Origin: Marsupella aquatica
Lineage: Eukaryota > Plantae > Marchantiophyta
DNA length: 64,000 nucleotides
Direction: 5' to 3'
NCBI GenBank assembly: GCA_973895155.1
Contig: OZ316891.1
Coordinates: 20,844,169 to 20,908,168 of the forward strand
Made by a program: the position numbers and the translations under genes. A model generated the notes under the pieces. That model was not told the origin of the DNA, made no database searches, and saw nothing but the letters and a program-made list of their open reading frames with translations. This document shows, piece after piece, positions 25,999 through 41,739 of this stretch. The stretch's first letter is position 1, and each line of letters opens with the position of its first letter.

Positions 25999-26797
25999 GA
26001 TCTATGTATATCTATATCCTCTCTGGTCCCTCTCAAGAGCAATTTTTTCAAAGGACCAGTAGTCCCCAAATCCGCCCTCTCTAGACCATCTCCAGCCCCA
26101 CAAAGTACAGTTGCATGAGAAGTACCATTGGGTCTGTTTTCAAAGACAAACACAACTAAGGTTTCCTGGAGGCTACCATGATTATTACATGCCCATTTAA
26201 ATGGATGATATCTGTGCCAATGACAGAAGTTTATCAAGTTGAAACCAAGGGTCATTCTCTGGCAGGAGTACCACATTGACCCACATCTCCAAAAATTAAT
26301 GCTAAAATTTGGAAAGCTATGTTTTCAATGGCATAATTTAGATAGTATTGCATCAAGACTACTAGAGCACAATGGTCTCTGTAATTTTTGGGTGCATGCC
26401 AATGCTTTTTCAGCACTGCTCCTAATTGACAATTTTTTTGTAACTTTGGACTGCAGGTACAAAATTTCTACAGGGAAGACACCAAGGTGCCCATGAATAT
26501 TCCCCTTCAAAAAATTCTCTCTCAAACTAAATGTGGTGGAGATGCAATAGCGCAAAATATCTTCTCTATCAAAATCTAGCATCAATGAAGGTCTTTCCAA
26601 ATCTGTGCACTGTAGATGCTAGATTTTCAATCTAAATGAACTTCAAGCTCACCTATCAAAAGTGAAACGTGTACAGGGGTGATTTTAAACACATTTTCAT
26701 ACTAGCCAGAAATTGGCACGTTGTCAGTGGTTATACCCAAATGTCTCTTATATGAACTATTGCAAACAACCCTGCTAAAGAATATAATGTGATTGTG

Positions 26798-26853
26798 TAG
26801 CATAGCATAGCATAGCATAGCATAGCATAGCATAGCATAGCATAGCATAGCAT
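26798..26853. repeat. (TAGCA)n microsatellite
   Basis: About 11 perfect pentamer copies. Confidence 0.95.
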
Positions 26854-28469
26854 CTGAAGTTGATTGTTTATCACACAATGCACGGATGAACTTAAGTATT
26901 TGTAATTGACTGTTTGTCCCAGTTTGAAACACAGCAAACACTTGTCAGATATAATTGAGGGTAAGGTCCAAGTTCTTCTTGACATCTTCTCCCTCCAATC
27001 AATGCAAATGGAACAATGTCTATCCTGAGTAAAATCAGCAAAATTATTTTCCCCAAAACTTTGAACCCATTTACTTGAAGGTCATCAATCTACCTCAATT
27101 TCCTTCAGTCAATTGCTTGAGCCCAATTTCTATCTCCCAGAAATCTTTGTGTTACAGCAAATTCAAACCTCTAACAAAGAAAACAAGTTGTTTACTTGAA
27201 TTGGGATATTCTTGAATGAGAAGGTGGAACTCACCAATGACATGCTAATGTTGTACAAGATGATTGCTAGAGCACCAATGTATGACAATTGGACTCTTCT
27301 TATATGACAACTGGGATGGGAAGCTTGCTGCTAAGAGGAGTATTATTAGTCTTTGAAGTACCAGGAAAAGTACCAGGATGGAAGAATGTGTTCCAGCCTC
27401 AATCCTAAACTGAACCCCAAACTGAACCCTAATCTATCCACTAGACAGGAATCTTCATACTTCCATTGTCACACACTTGAATGTTCATTCTACTAGCACC
27501 TGGTGTAAGGTTCAGTTCCCTTTGCCTTCCCAGCTCAATTCCGCCAGGCTCTTTGTAGATATCCCATTGATGGCATTAGTGACAACCAAGGAGGCGACAA
27601 TGTGCCCGTTTCTAAATACCATAGAAGGGTGATTTTTAGTCCAATTGGCTATCATTCTATTGTGCTTTTAGGCTGCTTAGTTCCTGATTCAGGGGTCCCA
27701 GAAGGGCTCCTGGACTAAGAACTACAGCCAAACCGTCACTCAAAAGCTATACCTATGTTTGGAAGATCCATATTCTCACATTTGGAAGTTTTGATTAGAA
27801 CACATCCCCTAAGTAGAGCCACACAGGGCTGTTGGCAATGGTGGACATACTTATCTCAATTCCATCTGGGCCACCTCATAGTCCGGATTAGTGACTTACT
27901 GGTTGAGTACAACTAAGGCTACAAAGATTGTTAGCTCCCCATACATATCTCCTTGTCATGGAAGCAACATTTCAGATTTGCATGCAGTGTTTTATCTATC
28001 ATTCTTCCCTAGACAAGCCATTTGAAATTGCAATTGCAACCCCTAACTGTCCAACCCGCTGTACTCAGATCTAGAAACCTTGAAGTTCTAGTTCTTCAAA
28101 CCGCCAAGCATTGTATAGTTTTTCCTTAGTTGCCAACAGTCGTGACGGTTTGCCATTTGACGGTAATGCTGAGCACCATGCATGCCTACACAGTCTAGTG
28201 TATATGACAATGGGAGTATCTACTCTACATAGTGCTATTTGAACCTGCTCAATGGATTGCCAAAAAAATGTAATATGTTCAAATGTTTCACAGTTGAGTG
28301 AGAGACAATTTCTATTGCTTGATCCGTCTGAATTCATTTTTAATCCAGGCCTTGCAAATGTATACATATCTCACAAATATTTGAATACATTTATGATTGG
28401 CCTTTGTGAATCATAAATGTATTCAAAAATCATAAATACATTTATATTTGAATGTATTTATGATTTATG

Positions 28470-30150
28470 ATAGTCTGGAGTTGCTTCATTTCCTGAAATA
28501 AGGAATCATCAATATTGGCCCCATGCAATGTACCGGTTGTGGTGAGCAGCTGAAAGCACTATGCAAAAGCCGTCCTCGCTTTATGAAAAAATCTCAACCA
28601 AAAGGGCTAAAAATTCACTGTCATTTGATGAAGTGTAGCCTACCTACACTGTTTACCTTAATTAGTATCATAACTTATATAGTCTCCCTGCATAAATAGT
28701 ATAATACACACTAATCAGGGTGTGACTACAAATCTGAAAAAATATAAATATTAGTACAAGTAGAGAGTTCAGTCTATTGTCATTGGTTCTAATTTGATTT
28801 TGATTGTATTTATAACCTGGTTGTCATTTCATCATACTTTAATGAAATCTGAATTTCAATTGACATTCATTTTTAATTTTACATGTCATCGCAAATATAT
28901 CTTACTACTAGAAATATTTGTACTTTTCATAAGTTATATACATAATATGTGTTCATCACACACTATTTGAGTGTCACCAAAAATAATCTCACTTACTCTA
29001 ATTTATAATAACATGTATTTAGTCTCACTTCTTATATAGTCTCACACACATTAATTACGGTGACAGCTTTCAAAAACCTTTGTTCCCAAATACTGTGTGT
29101 GAGATTAATTACGGTAATCAGTGTACTCCTCTAGGACATCCCCAAAACTAATGTATTTTTGGAATTTTTGCACATGAATTTATTACAATTAAAGTCAACT
29201 TTTGAGAAATGTGGTCCATGGGGGTTCCAAAGACCAACCTTGTGGTCCATGGGGGCTTCAAATTCAATAGTCTGGAGGGCTTCATTTCCTGAAATAAAAG
29301 ATCATCAATATTGGCCCCATGCAATGTACCGGTTGTGGTGAGGAGCTGAAAGCACTATGCAAAACCCCTCCTCACTTTATGAAAAAATCTCAACCAAAAT
29401 GGCTAAAAATTCACTGTCATTTGATGGAAGTGTAGCCTACCTACAGCACTCCTCTAGCATATAGCCCAAACTATATATTTTTTGAATTTTTGAACATGAA
29501 TTTATTATAATTAAAGTCTACTTTTGAGAAATGTGGTCCATGGGGATTCCAAAGACCAACCTTGTGGTCCATGGGGGCTTCAAAATCAATAGTCTGGCTC
29601 TGCTTCAATTCCTGCAATAAAGAATCATTACCTACTCGTCTAGGGTATAGCCAAAACTAATGTTTTTTTGGTAAGTTTTGAACATGAATTTATTACAATT
29701 AAACACAACTTTTGAGAAATGTGGTCCATGGGGGTTCCAAAGACCAACCTTGTGGTCCATGGGGGCTTCAAATTCAATAGTCTGGCGTTGCTTCATTTCC
29801 CGAAATAAAGGATGATCAATATTGGCCCCATGCAATGTACCGGTTGTGGTGAGCAGCTGAAAGCAAAACCCCTCCTCATTTTATGAAAAAAATTAAACCA
29901 AAATGGCTAAAAATTCACTGTCATCTGATGGAAGTGTACCCTACCTGCTCCTCTAGCAAATAGCCAAAACTCATTTTTTTTTGATAATTTTTGAACACGA
30001 ATTTATTACAATTAAACTAAAGTTTTGAAACATGTGGTCCATGGGGGTTCCAAAGGCCAACCTTGTGGTCCATGGGAACCACAGAATCATCAATAATATT
30101 GGCCCCATGCAATGTACCGGTTGTGAGGAGCAGCTGAAAGCACGATGCAA
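28470..30150. repeat. Degenerate tandem array of an about 320-bp unit upstream of the OPR gene
   Basis: aatattggccccatgcaatgtaccggttgtg...gcagctgaaagc recurs near 28510, 29307, 29818 and 30095. aaatgtggtccatgggg..ccaaagaccaaccttgtggtccatggg recurs near 29207, 29529, 29717 and 30032. Confidence 0.85.
28647..29123. mobile_element. 477-bp AT-rich non-autonomous DNA element with CACTG...CAGTG termini and TA target duplication
   Basis: TIR cactgtttaccttaattagt versus attaattacggtaatcagtg, with TA on both sides. Sister units of the host array show the empty site (ccTActc near 29631). A second copy end is at 1-80. Confidence 0.85.
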
Positions 30151-30482
30151 AATTGGTGCAATGTATCATCATTCTGAAGATTTCGGATCTGCTTGTGTCC
30201 CTGTAAGAACAGTCGATTACAGTCTTTTGTAGCCTGCTGAAAGATTTGGAGGCCCAAGGGAATCCATCTCTGGAATTTTTAGGTGTGGATGTAGAAACAT
30301 TTGATTGCAGTCTTTTGTAGCCTGCTGACAGAATTGGAGGTTGAAGAGAATCGATCTTTGGAATTTTCGAGCAGAGGAAAGTCGACTGCAGATCGACTGG
30401 CTGTGCATTGATCGAGCCGGGATTTCATAGTTTGACCGTTCTACCTTATTCTCGTTGCTTGGTTCAAAGTTCGCTGGCAGAG

Positions 30483-33597
<3,115 letters not shown>

Positions 33598-33616
<19 letters not shown>

Positions 33617-33697
33617 TCTGGTTTTATTCTTCAAAACTCGAGACTTGTATCCAACCAGCTCTGTGTAATCTGGTTTTATTCTTCAAACTCGAGACTT
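33598..33697. repeat. About 52-bp tandem duplication spanning the OPR terminal stop
   Basis: tccaaccagctctgtgtaatctggttttattcttcaaa(a)ctcgagactt occurs twice. Confidence 0.85.
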
Positions 33698-36600
33698 TTC
33701 TGCAATCGAGTTGATCAACTGATCTTAATCAATATTTTTTAGTAGATGGCAACCCCTTCTAAGCCTTCTCACCTTTGGTAAGCATTTCCTCGCATGATGT
33801 CATCGTGAATTTTCCATATTAATCCCACCCAAGTACCATAATCAAAGAACATTTCATTGACTGCGTCTCCAAATGTAGACTTCCCTGACCGGAGTCTGAG
33901 TCTATGACGCCCAATCTTTACGGATGTAAAATAATCCCCAAACAGTGCCAGGATTTCTGTATTACTCTGTCTGGTATCGATCTGGTGTGCTCCATAATGT
34001 GTGAACTCCTATCCTTCCTGATATCCAAGACTTTCAAACATTCTGCCAAGTCCATCCCAGCTTTGCCTGTCCATCCAGGCATCACAGCTAACCCACCAAT
34101 CTATCCGAGACAAATTTTAGAAATTATCGTCTCCTGAATTGGTGGCCAGAGAAAGTTTGTATTTGACTTGTGGACCCAACAACTACTCCACACTAATACC
34201 TCAACACACTAATCATAAAGAAAATCACATATCGAATGCGTAAACCTGGATAGCAAGGGATAGATTAGTATGCCCGCAGTAGTTAGTGCGACGCACTGGT
34301 GTGTAGTTTTTATGGATGTTCGCAGGGAAAAATGGGTTTGACTCAGGAGACCCAAGCATCAACTTCTAGGATCACTCTCCATCAATACTTTAAAAATAAT
34401 AATTTAAAATTAAGGGGGTGCTTTATAGCAGGCAGGGGGCAAAGCCACCCACGCCAAAAACACCACAAGTGGGAGCTGCCTCAGTCAGGCCACGGGGTCC
34501 AGCTCCCGACTGGGACACCAAGTCTGAATCGACTCGTAGGTCGGCTGGCTAGTGCTACGAGTCATAAACTTAAAATGCTTTCTCTCGAGAGAAGCCGAAC
34601 AAAAAAGACCAGTAAGTCTGTCCTGGTAGGTGCAGTGTCTACTCTTGCTGTGTTTGCCATACCAAGCCCACCAGACAATTCTCTGTGATAGTGGAGGGAC
34701 CAATACCCGCTACTCTTATGTTGTGAGTTGTCAACAAGTCTATCACAGTCGCTTCTGTGGAATGATGTCTCCTATGCCAGGGACACAAACAGGGACCAAT
34801 GTACAAACTAGTGTTCATCATACTCGAAATCGTAGTCATAGCACTTGGGGCTCCACAGTAGCCCATGGCCTCAAAATGAAATCCAGTTCCTTGGTGCATC
34901 GCTGCATCTGTCTCGATTCTTTTCAGAACAGCTCGCTGCAAGCATGGCTTTTAGATACTCTCCATCAATACTAACAATCCAAACTATATTGAGTTGGATA
35001 CTCAATTTTGGAGGACACTCATTAATACAAGTTGCACGTAACGCCCTTGTTTTGAATTATCATATGGAGGAACAAGCTTCACCAATTAAAAGTAGTATCC
35101 CTACCTACCTTGCCTTATTTTGGCTCTGGTCACCTAGATTGTTAATGCAGGCTAGGCCATCATCTTAAAGTACTTCAGTTACCAGAATGGTTGGTATGAA
35201 ATTCTTTCACTTTGAGGTAGCTACTTCCTTGTATAACAATCTGTGCTTTTGCACCATCTCCTATTCTCAAAACAACAACTACAACAGTTCTGGGATTCAA
35301 TAGGTTAACCTGTCTACTACCATGAGCCTCACTTTAATTTGACATTCACTAAAATCAAACAGTACAAGTGAAAAGTGTTGCAACCCCATCAGTGAGCAGT
35401 TGCGGTATCAAGTATCAGTAATTCCCATCAGTTGTTTGCATATGGAACCTTCCAACCAAGCAAGACCACTCAGCAGGGACTGCCGAGTTGAGAAAGTGAC
35501 TCAACAAGGTTAGCACAGTGGATCTTTTCCTGGGAATTTTCCCAGGCAAGGCCCCTGATTAAAAAAGTGACTCAGTGATGTCAGCCAAGTGGAAATTTCT
35601 GAACTAGGCTATGATGCCATGAGAAAAAGTTATTCAGCATGATCAGCCAAGAGGAAATTTCCCACCAGCCAAAGCATTGTCTAATTTGGTGCAACCGCTG
35701 ACAGCAACTGATCGATGAGAATGCCCTGATAACTTATGGGGTTAACAACCTCACAAGAGAATGGGAGAAGAAGAAAAGGAAATAGAAATAGAACACTTTC
35801 AAAACTAACATTAATGTTGAAAACACATACTAACAAGGCAGCTGGGATCTCCATCAAAATTCTTTGTTCAGATAGAATCCCTAAACTAGCATGGAATCCA
35901 TGAGAATGTCTATTTTTACTAGATAATGTGAGAAGAATTTAGAGGAAAGCACACCCACTCTTACAGATGAGCATTTGTGTTAAGTAACGCTCTAGTTAAC
36001 TGAATTTTGGGCAGGGATCAGAGGTTTGGATAGAGATCCAAGCTTAATATGACTCCAGTAAAGACACCATTAAGGAAAAAGAGAAATTACCCCACTGCCC
36101 CACCAACCAAGTTGTTCACTAATAATGCAAAGTCATAACAAAACAAGGAAATGAAGCCCAGATGGACCTAGGATTGCTGTGAAGCCCAGAAGGATTTTCA
36201 AAGCTTGGATGGATCCAGTGCAGAATGTCCAAATAGACACCAGTAGTATCTTTTACGGGTTTGACTGAAATCTGACCTGTAAGGCTCCTACCCGTTTGCA
36301 GCTGATTTTAATTAGTTCACTTTGTAGTAAGTTGCAACCTGAAGTGTCCTTCCCAAAAGTGGCAATCTGTGGCTCATGTCTGAACTACTCACAACCTCCT
36401 TCACAAAAGTGAAACGTCCATTATTTGGTAATTGGTTTATATTATTTGACCATTTTGCACTTGTTGTAAGTGGAGCAAATGATCTCACAGAAAAAAATGA
36501 ACTTGGTAAGGCAATAATTATAGACCTTGATCGAACATGCTGGGAAAAGTTGATAGTAAACAAAGTTGTCAAAACAAATGCACAAGCTGGTTTGCCCAAA

Positions 36601-37029
36601 ATCAACAGTTTTACAATTGCTCGGGTGCGTGGACACAATACTTGGGGCATTCTTGGCCAAAGTGAAGTGTCCTTGCAAAAGCAGTCCATCACTTTTATTC
36701 CCCCTGTAAATTGACTGATGACTTTAGGCAGTCCATGGGGATGAGCAGAACAAACCCCTCGTCCATGTGGGCTTAATATTCAACAAAACAAGAGAACAAA
36801 CAAACAAGAAAGTCCCACCAGTCAGAAGAAAATGAATTGTCCAACAAGCTCACAAACCAAAAAGTTCACTGTCTAAAAATAGAAAGTCACAAGGAAACAA
36901 ACAAACAAATGAGAAGGTGACTTGGAGTGTCCAACTTGTACTAACTTATGACTCTAGGTGTGGACCACTAGGGTTATCAGAGCATTGCATCTTTATTTCT
37001 CATATGTTGTCCTGGCTTGTGTACTTTGG

Positions 37030-37968
37030 TCATGGGCGGCAGGAGGGAGAGGAGCAAACACTTTTGGGGAGGTGGAATTTGGCAAAAACTCACACCTAAA
37101 AAATAAGCTGGTATGGGCGGCAGGAGGAAGAGGAGCAAACACGTCTTGGGGAGGTGGAATTTGGCAAAACCTTACACCTAAAAAAAAAGCTGCAGGATGA
37201 AGAGGAGCCAAACACCTTATGGGGAGGTGGAATTTGGCAAAGTTTCACACCTAAAACTGGTATGGGCTCTAGGAGGAAGAGGAGCAAACACTTTCCGGGG
37301 AGGTGGAATTTTGGCAAAAAATCGCTCCTAAGAAAATAAACTGGTATGGGCTGCAGGAGGAAGAGAAGCAAACCCTTTTTGGGGAGGTGGAATTTGGCAA
37401 AAATTCACACCTAAAAATAAGCTGGTATGGGCTCAAGGAGGAAGAGGAGCAAACACTTTTTTGGGAGGTGGAATTTTGGCAAAAAATTTCTCCTAAAAAA
37501 ATAAGCTGGTATGGGCTGCAGGAGGAAGAGGAGCACACGCGTTTTGGGAAGGTGGAATTTGGTCAAAATTCACACCTAAAAGAAAAAATCTGGAATAGGC
37601 GGAAAGAGGAAGAGGAGCAGAGTAGCAAAATCAGGGAAGGGCTACATATGGTCATATGGTGAGGATGGTATGGGCGGCAGGAGGAAGGGGAGCAGAGTAG
37701 CAAAATCAGGGAAGGGTCACATATGGTCATATGCTAAGGAGCAGAGTAGCAAAATCAGGGAAGTGTCACATATGGTCATATGATGAGGAGCAGAGTAGCA
37801 AAATCAGGGAAGGGTTATATATGGTCATATGGTGAGGATGGTATGGGCGGCAGGAGGAAGAGGAGCAGAGTAGCAAAATCAGGGAAGGGTCACATATGGT
37901 CATATGCTAAGGAGCAGAGTAGCAAAATCAGGGAAGGGTGACATATGGTCATATGATGAGGAGCCGAG
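37030..37968. repeat. Composite purine-rich minisatellite, left part
   Basis: About 70-82-bp units (ggtatgggc..caggaggaagaggagcaaacac...gggaggtggaatttggcaaaa...cacctaaaa) change near 37600 to 50/75-bp units (gagcagagtagcaaaatcagggaagggtcacatatggtcatatg). Confidence 0.9.
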
Positions 37969-38312
37969 TGTTGAGCATAGACGACATTCGTAACGGCAAG
38001 CCCATGAACCATCCAACGCACAATAGTCGACACAGAGAGATACGTGGTTCACCTCCACATGAGGCTACGTCCACGGGAACACACAAGAGCTTTACTGCAC
38101 TCTAGGCCGACCGGCCATACCAAGCATCCACAGCACAAGCTCTCCCTATCTCTCAACTAGCTCCGTAACAATGAGCCTTTGTTCCACCAAGGTCTGGCAT
38201 CAGCCCTGGCTATATGCACAAGAGCACTACCGCTAACATTAGCTAAGTCCTAACCCGAGTTAGCTTAACTATAGTTAGCTCATGAGTCACAAGACTAGAG
38301 CAATATCTAACA
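37969..38312 (-). repeat. 3' LTR of the copia element
   Basis: TG...CA termini. Preceded on the minus strand by the PPT AAGGGGGAG (38315-38323). Confidence 0.95.
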
Positions 38313-38519
38313 AACTCCCCCTTGATTCTTGTCTTGGGGACTGGACTAAATGCTACCATATGGAATCCTCAGCGGGAAGTTCTAGACAATCACCAAACCA
38401 GGTCTCCCCCTAAAAACCACAAGGGTTAACTAAGGGTTAACTAGAACTAAGCCGTAGCCTAACAGGAATGAGTAATCCATATCCAAATAGTCACACATTG
38501 CTAAATAACTCTACTTGCA

Positions 38520-41500
38520 CTACAACTGCAAAACCTGCAAAGTAGCACGGTGTCTTGAGAAACTCTCCAAAGGAATCACTTTGGTAAAGGCATCAGCGGG
38601 ATTGAGCTTTCCATCAATCTTGACTAGCTCAAAAGTTTTATCAGACACTGCTTGCCTGATAAAATGGTACCTGATATCAATGTGCTTCACCCTGCTATCC
38701 ATCACCTGGTTAGCAGCCAAGTGAAGAGCACTCTGACTATCACAGTTTAGAGTCATTTTTCCATGCTCTAAACCCATCTCCGCGATCAACTTATCCAACC
38801 AAATTGCTTCCTTTGTTGCTTCTGCTGCTGCAACATACTCTGCTTCTGTAGTAGACTGAGATATGCACTTCTGCAAGGTAGATTTCCAACTGATACATCC
38901 TCCTCCAAGAGTGTAAACAAACCCAGTTGTAGACCTCCTTGTATCCAGACAGCCTCCATAGTCAGAATCTACATAGCCAACTAATGTTCTATCTGATCTG
39001 TTATCAAATAGTAATCCATAGTCCTGTGTACCCTTGAGATACCTGAGAATCCACTTCACAGCTTCCCAATGTATCTTCCCTGGATTTGACATGAATCTGC
39101 TGACCTTGCCCATCGTTAGGGCCAAGTCAGGCCTAGTACAAGTCATCAAATACATCAGACTGCCTACTGCCTTCTCATAAGGAATCTTAGCCATCAGACC
39201 TTTCTCCACAGCATCCGTAGGAGAGAAAGCCGATGATAACTTGAAATGTGAAGCTAAAGGAATACTCATTGGCTTACAGTTCTCCATGTTGAATCGTGCA
39301 AGTACTTTCCTCGCATACTGGCCTTGACTCAAGCACAACTGTCCAGTCTCAGAGTTCCTAAAAATCTCCATCCCTAAGATCCTCTTGGCCTTACCAAGAT
39401 CCTTCATCCTGAATTCAACACTCAGTTTTGCCTTGAGACTGTCAACCTCAGATTGATCTTTAGCCACAATCAGCATGTCATCCATATAGATCACCAGAAT
39501 GATGAAACCGAATACATCATTCTTGACTGATTTCGTATACACACAAGGATCATACACCATCCTTGTAAAACCTTGAGCAAGCATGAAATCATCAAACCGC
39601 TTGTTCCATTGTCTGGGAGACTGCTTCAATCCATACAAGGACTTGAGCAATCTGCAAACTAAGTTCTCTTGGCCCTTCTTCATAAAGCCTAGTGGTTGTC
39701 TCATGAAGATCATCTCTTCCAAGTTGCCATAGAGAAAAGCAGTAACAACATCGATCTGATCCATCACCAGACAAAAAAACACAACAAGCTGACACAAGAT
39801 CCGAATTATGGAATACTTAGCTACCGGTGAAAAGACCTCATTGTAATCCACTCCTTTCTCCTGAGTGAATCCCTTGGCAACAAGCCGTGCCTTGTAGATC
39901 TTATCTCCACCCTCTGAAGGACTGTCCTTCAACTTGTAAATCCACTTGCTGTCCACCACTTGCTGACCTCTTGGAAGCTCCACCAGCTCCCATGTCTTGT
40001 TGTCACTCAAAGATTGCAACTCCCTCTGCATTGCTGCATTCCACTCATGCTTCTGCTCTGAAGCACAAGCCTCACTATACGAAGAAGACTCTCCTTCTTC
40101 CAAGATCAAAGCCATATCATCTTCATCAGGTGCAATGTCAATATCATCTAGCTTAGATGAGTCTGCCCATTGACCATACCTGGTAGGAGCTCTAGTAGAA
40201 CGACTGGAAGTTCTTCTAGTAGATGACTCAGGCTGATCTGCTGTTGCTGCTGGTTGAATTTGAGGTACCCCAGCAACAATCTGCTCCTCTTGTTCCATCA
40301 CAGGAACCAGCTCCAAGCCCGAAGCTTCTCCATCTCTCCTATCATGAACTGCATCATGACTAATCTCCCCCTCAACCCGGTCCGGGATGGGAGATTTCCC
40401 CTTGTCAGTATGGGAGTCCTGAGAACTCTCCCCCTCCTTTGATGATTTGGATTCATTAAAGGACACATCTCTACTGACAATTAGTTTACAGGTTACTGGA
40501 TCCCATAACCTATAACCCTTAACACCTTTCTGATAGCCAAGGAAAATGCACTTCTTCGACTTGGACTCCAGCTTGGATCGAAGCTGGGAAGGTGTAAGCA
40601 CATAAGCATCACATCCAAAAATCCTCAGATGTGAGTAATCTGCTGGACGCCCGTACCTCATTTCAAATGGCGTCTTGAATCCAATAGAACTGGATGGAGA
40701 AAAATTTACCAAATAAGCTGCAGTGTTGACAGCTTCAGCCCAAAACTCATGTGGTAAAGCATGATTGACTCAACATACTCCTCGAGCGGTCCAATAGTGT
40801 TCGGTTGAGTCTCTCAGAAACACCATTCTACTGAGGAGTATAATTTGTTGTGAGATGGCGGGTAATCCCCTGCTCCTTACAATACGTTCCAAATTCCCCG
40901 GAACTGTATTCACCGCCGTTATCCGATCAAAGATATCTCACCATATTAGCAGTCTGATTCTCTACTTGGGCTTTCCACTCCTTAAAAGTGGCAAAAACAT
41001 CAGACTTATTGTGTAGAAAGTATATCCACACATACCTTGAGTAATCGTCTATGAACGTGACATAGTATAACCGTCCAGAATATGAGGGAGTAGGGGCTGG
41101 ACCCCACACATCACTATGTACATATTCAAGTACCTCCTTGTTGGTGTGAGTTCCAACTCCGAAGGGTTTTCTGTGCTGCTTCCCTAGCACACAGTGCTCA
41201 CAAAATTCCAACTTATAAGATTTCAAATTAGAAAGTAATCCTTTCTTCTGAAGAATAACCAAACCTTTTTCACTCATGTGGCCTAAACGGAAGTGCCATA
41301 GCCGGGCCGTCTCCTCATGAGATAAGGTTACATTGGCTTCATCATAGACTACACTGCCCTCCAAAACGTATAGATTGCTATGTCTCTTTTGCTTCAATAC
41401 AACTTTAGTACCAGTTGAAACCTGAAGGACACCATTAGCAGAGCTCCACTGATGACCATTTGCTTCTAAAACTCCAAGTGAAATGAGATTTTTCATCATG

Positions 41501-41739
41501 CTGGGAATATGTCTCACATTTCTCAACGTTCTCACAACACCATCAAACATCTGAAATCTTACAGATCCAAGTCCAACAACTTGACATGGGATTCCATTTC
41601 CCATCAACACTGACCCGTTGGAAATCGTGTAAGAACTGAAATAATCTCTTCTAGAGCAAATGTGAAAAGTACATGCACTATTTAGAATCCAGTCATCTTT
41701 ACCTGGATTTGACACTATGTTGAGAGCATAACTTTGACA
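38520..41739 (-). pseudogene. pol: copia pol (protease, integrase, RT, RNase H), interrupted
   Basis: PR WILNSACTFH. INT LWHFRLGHM..CEHC, YVHSDVWGP, YL*SDNGGEY, TPQ*NGVSER. RT YKARLVAKGF, LKSLYGLKQSPRQW, YMDD. RH GYVDSD, CDSQSA, KHIDIRYHFIR. Stops at 40927-40929 and 40828-40830, and a frameshift near 40760. Confidence 0.95.

Noticed and set aside
26702-26985. ORFs with LCYAM repeats
   Set aside because: Translation of the (TAGCA)n microsatellite.
36312-36714. Overlapping 112-126 aa ORFs
   Set aside because: No recognisable motifs or splice structure that I can support.
36917-37662. Repetitive ORFs (EEEEQTLFGEVEFGK)
   Set aside because: Minisatellite translation. Unit lengths do not keep the frame.
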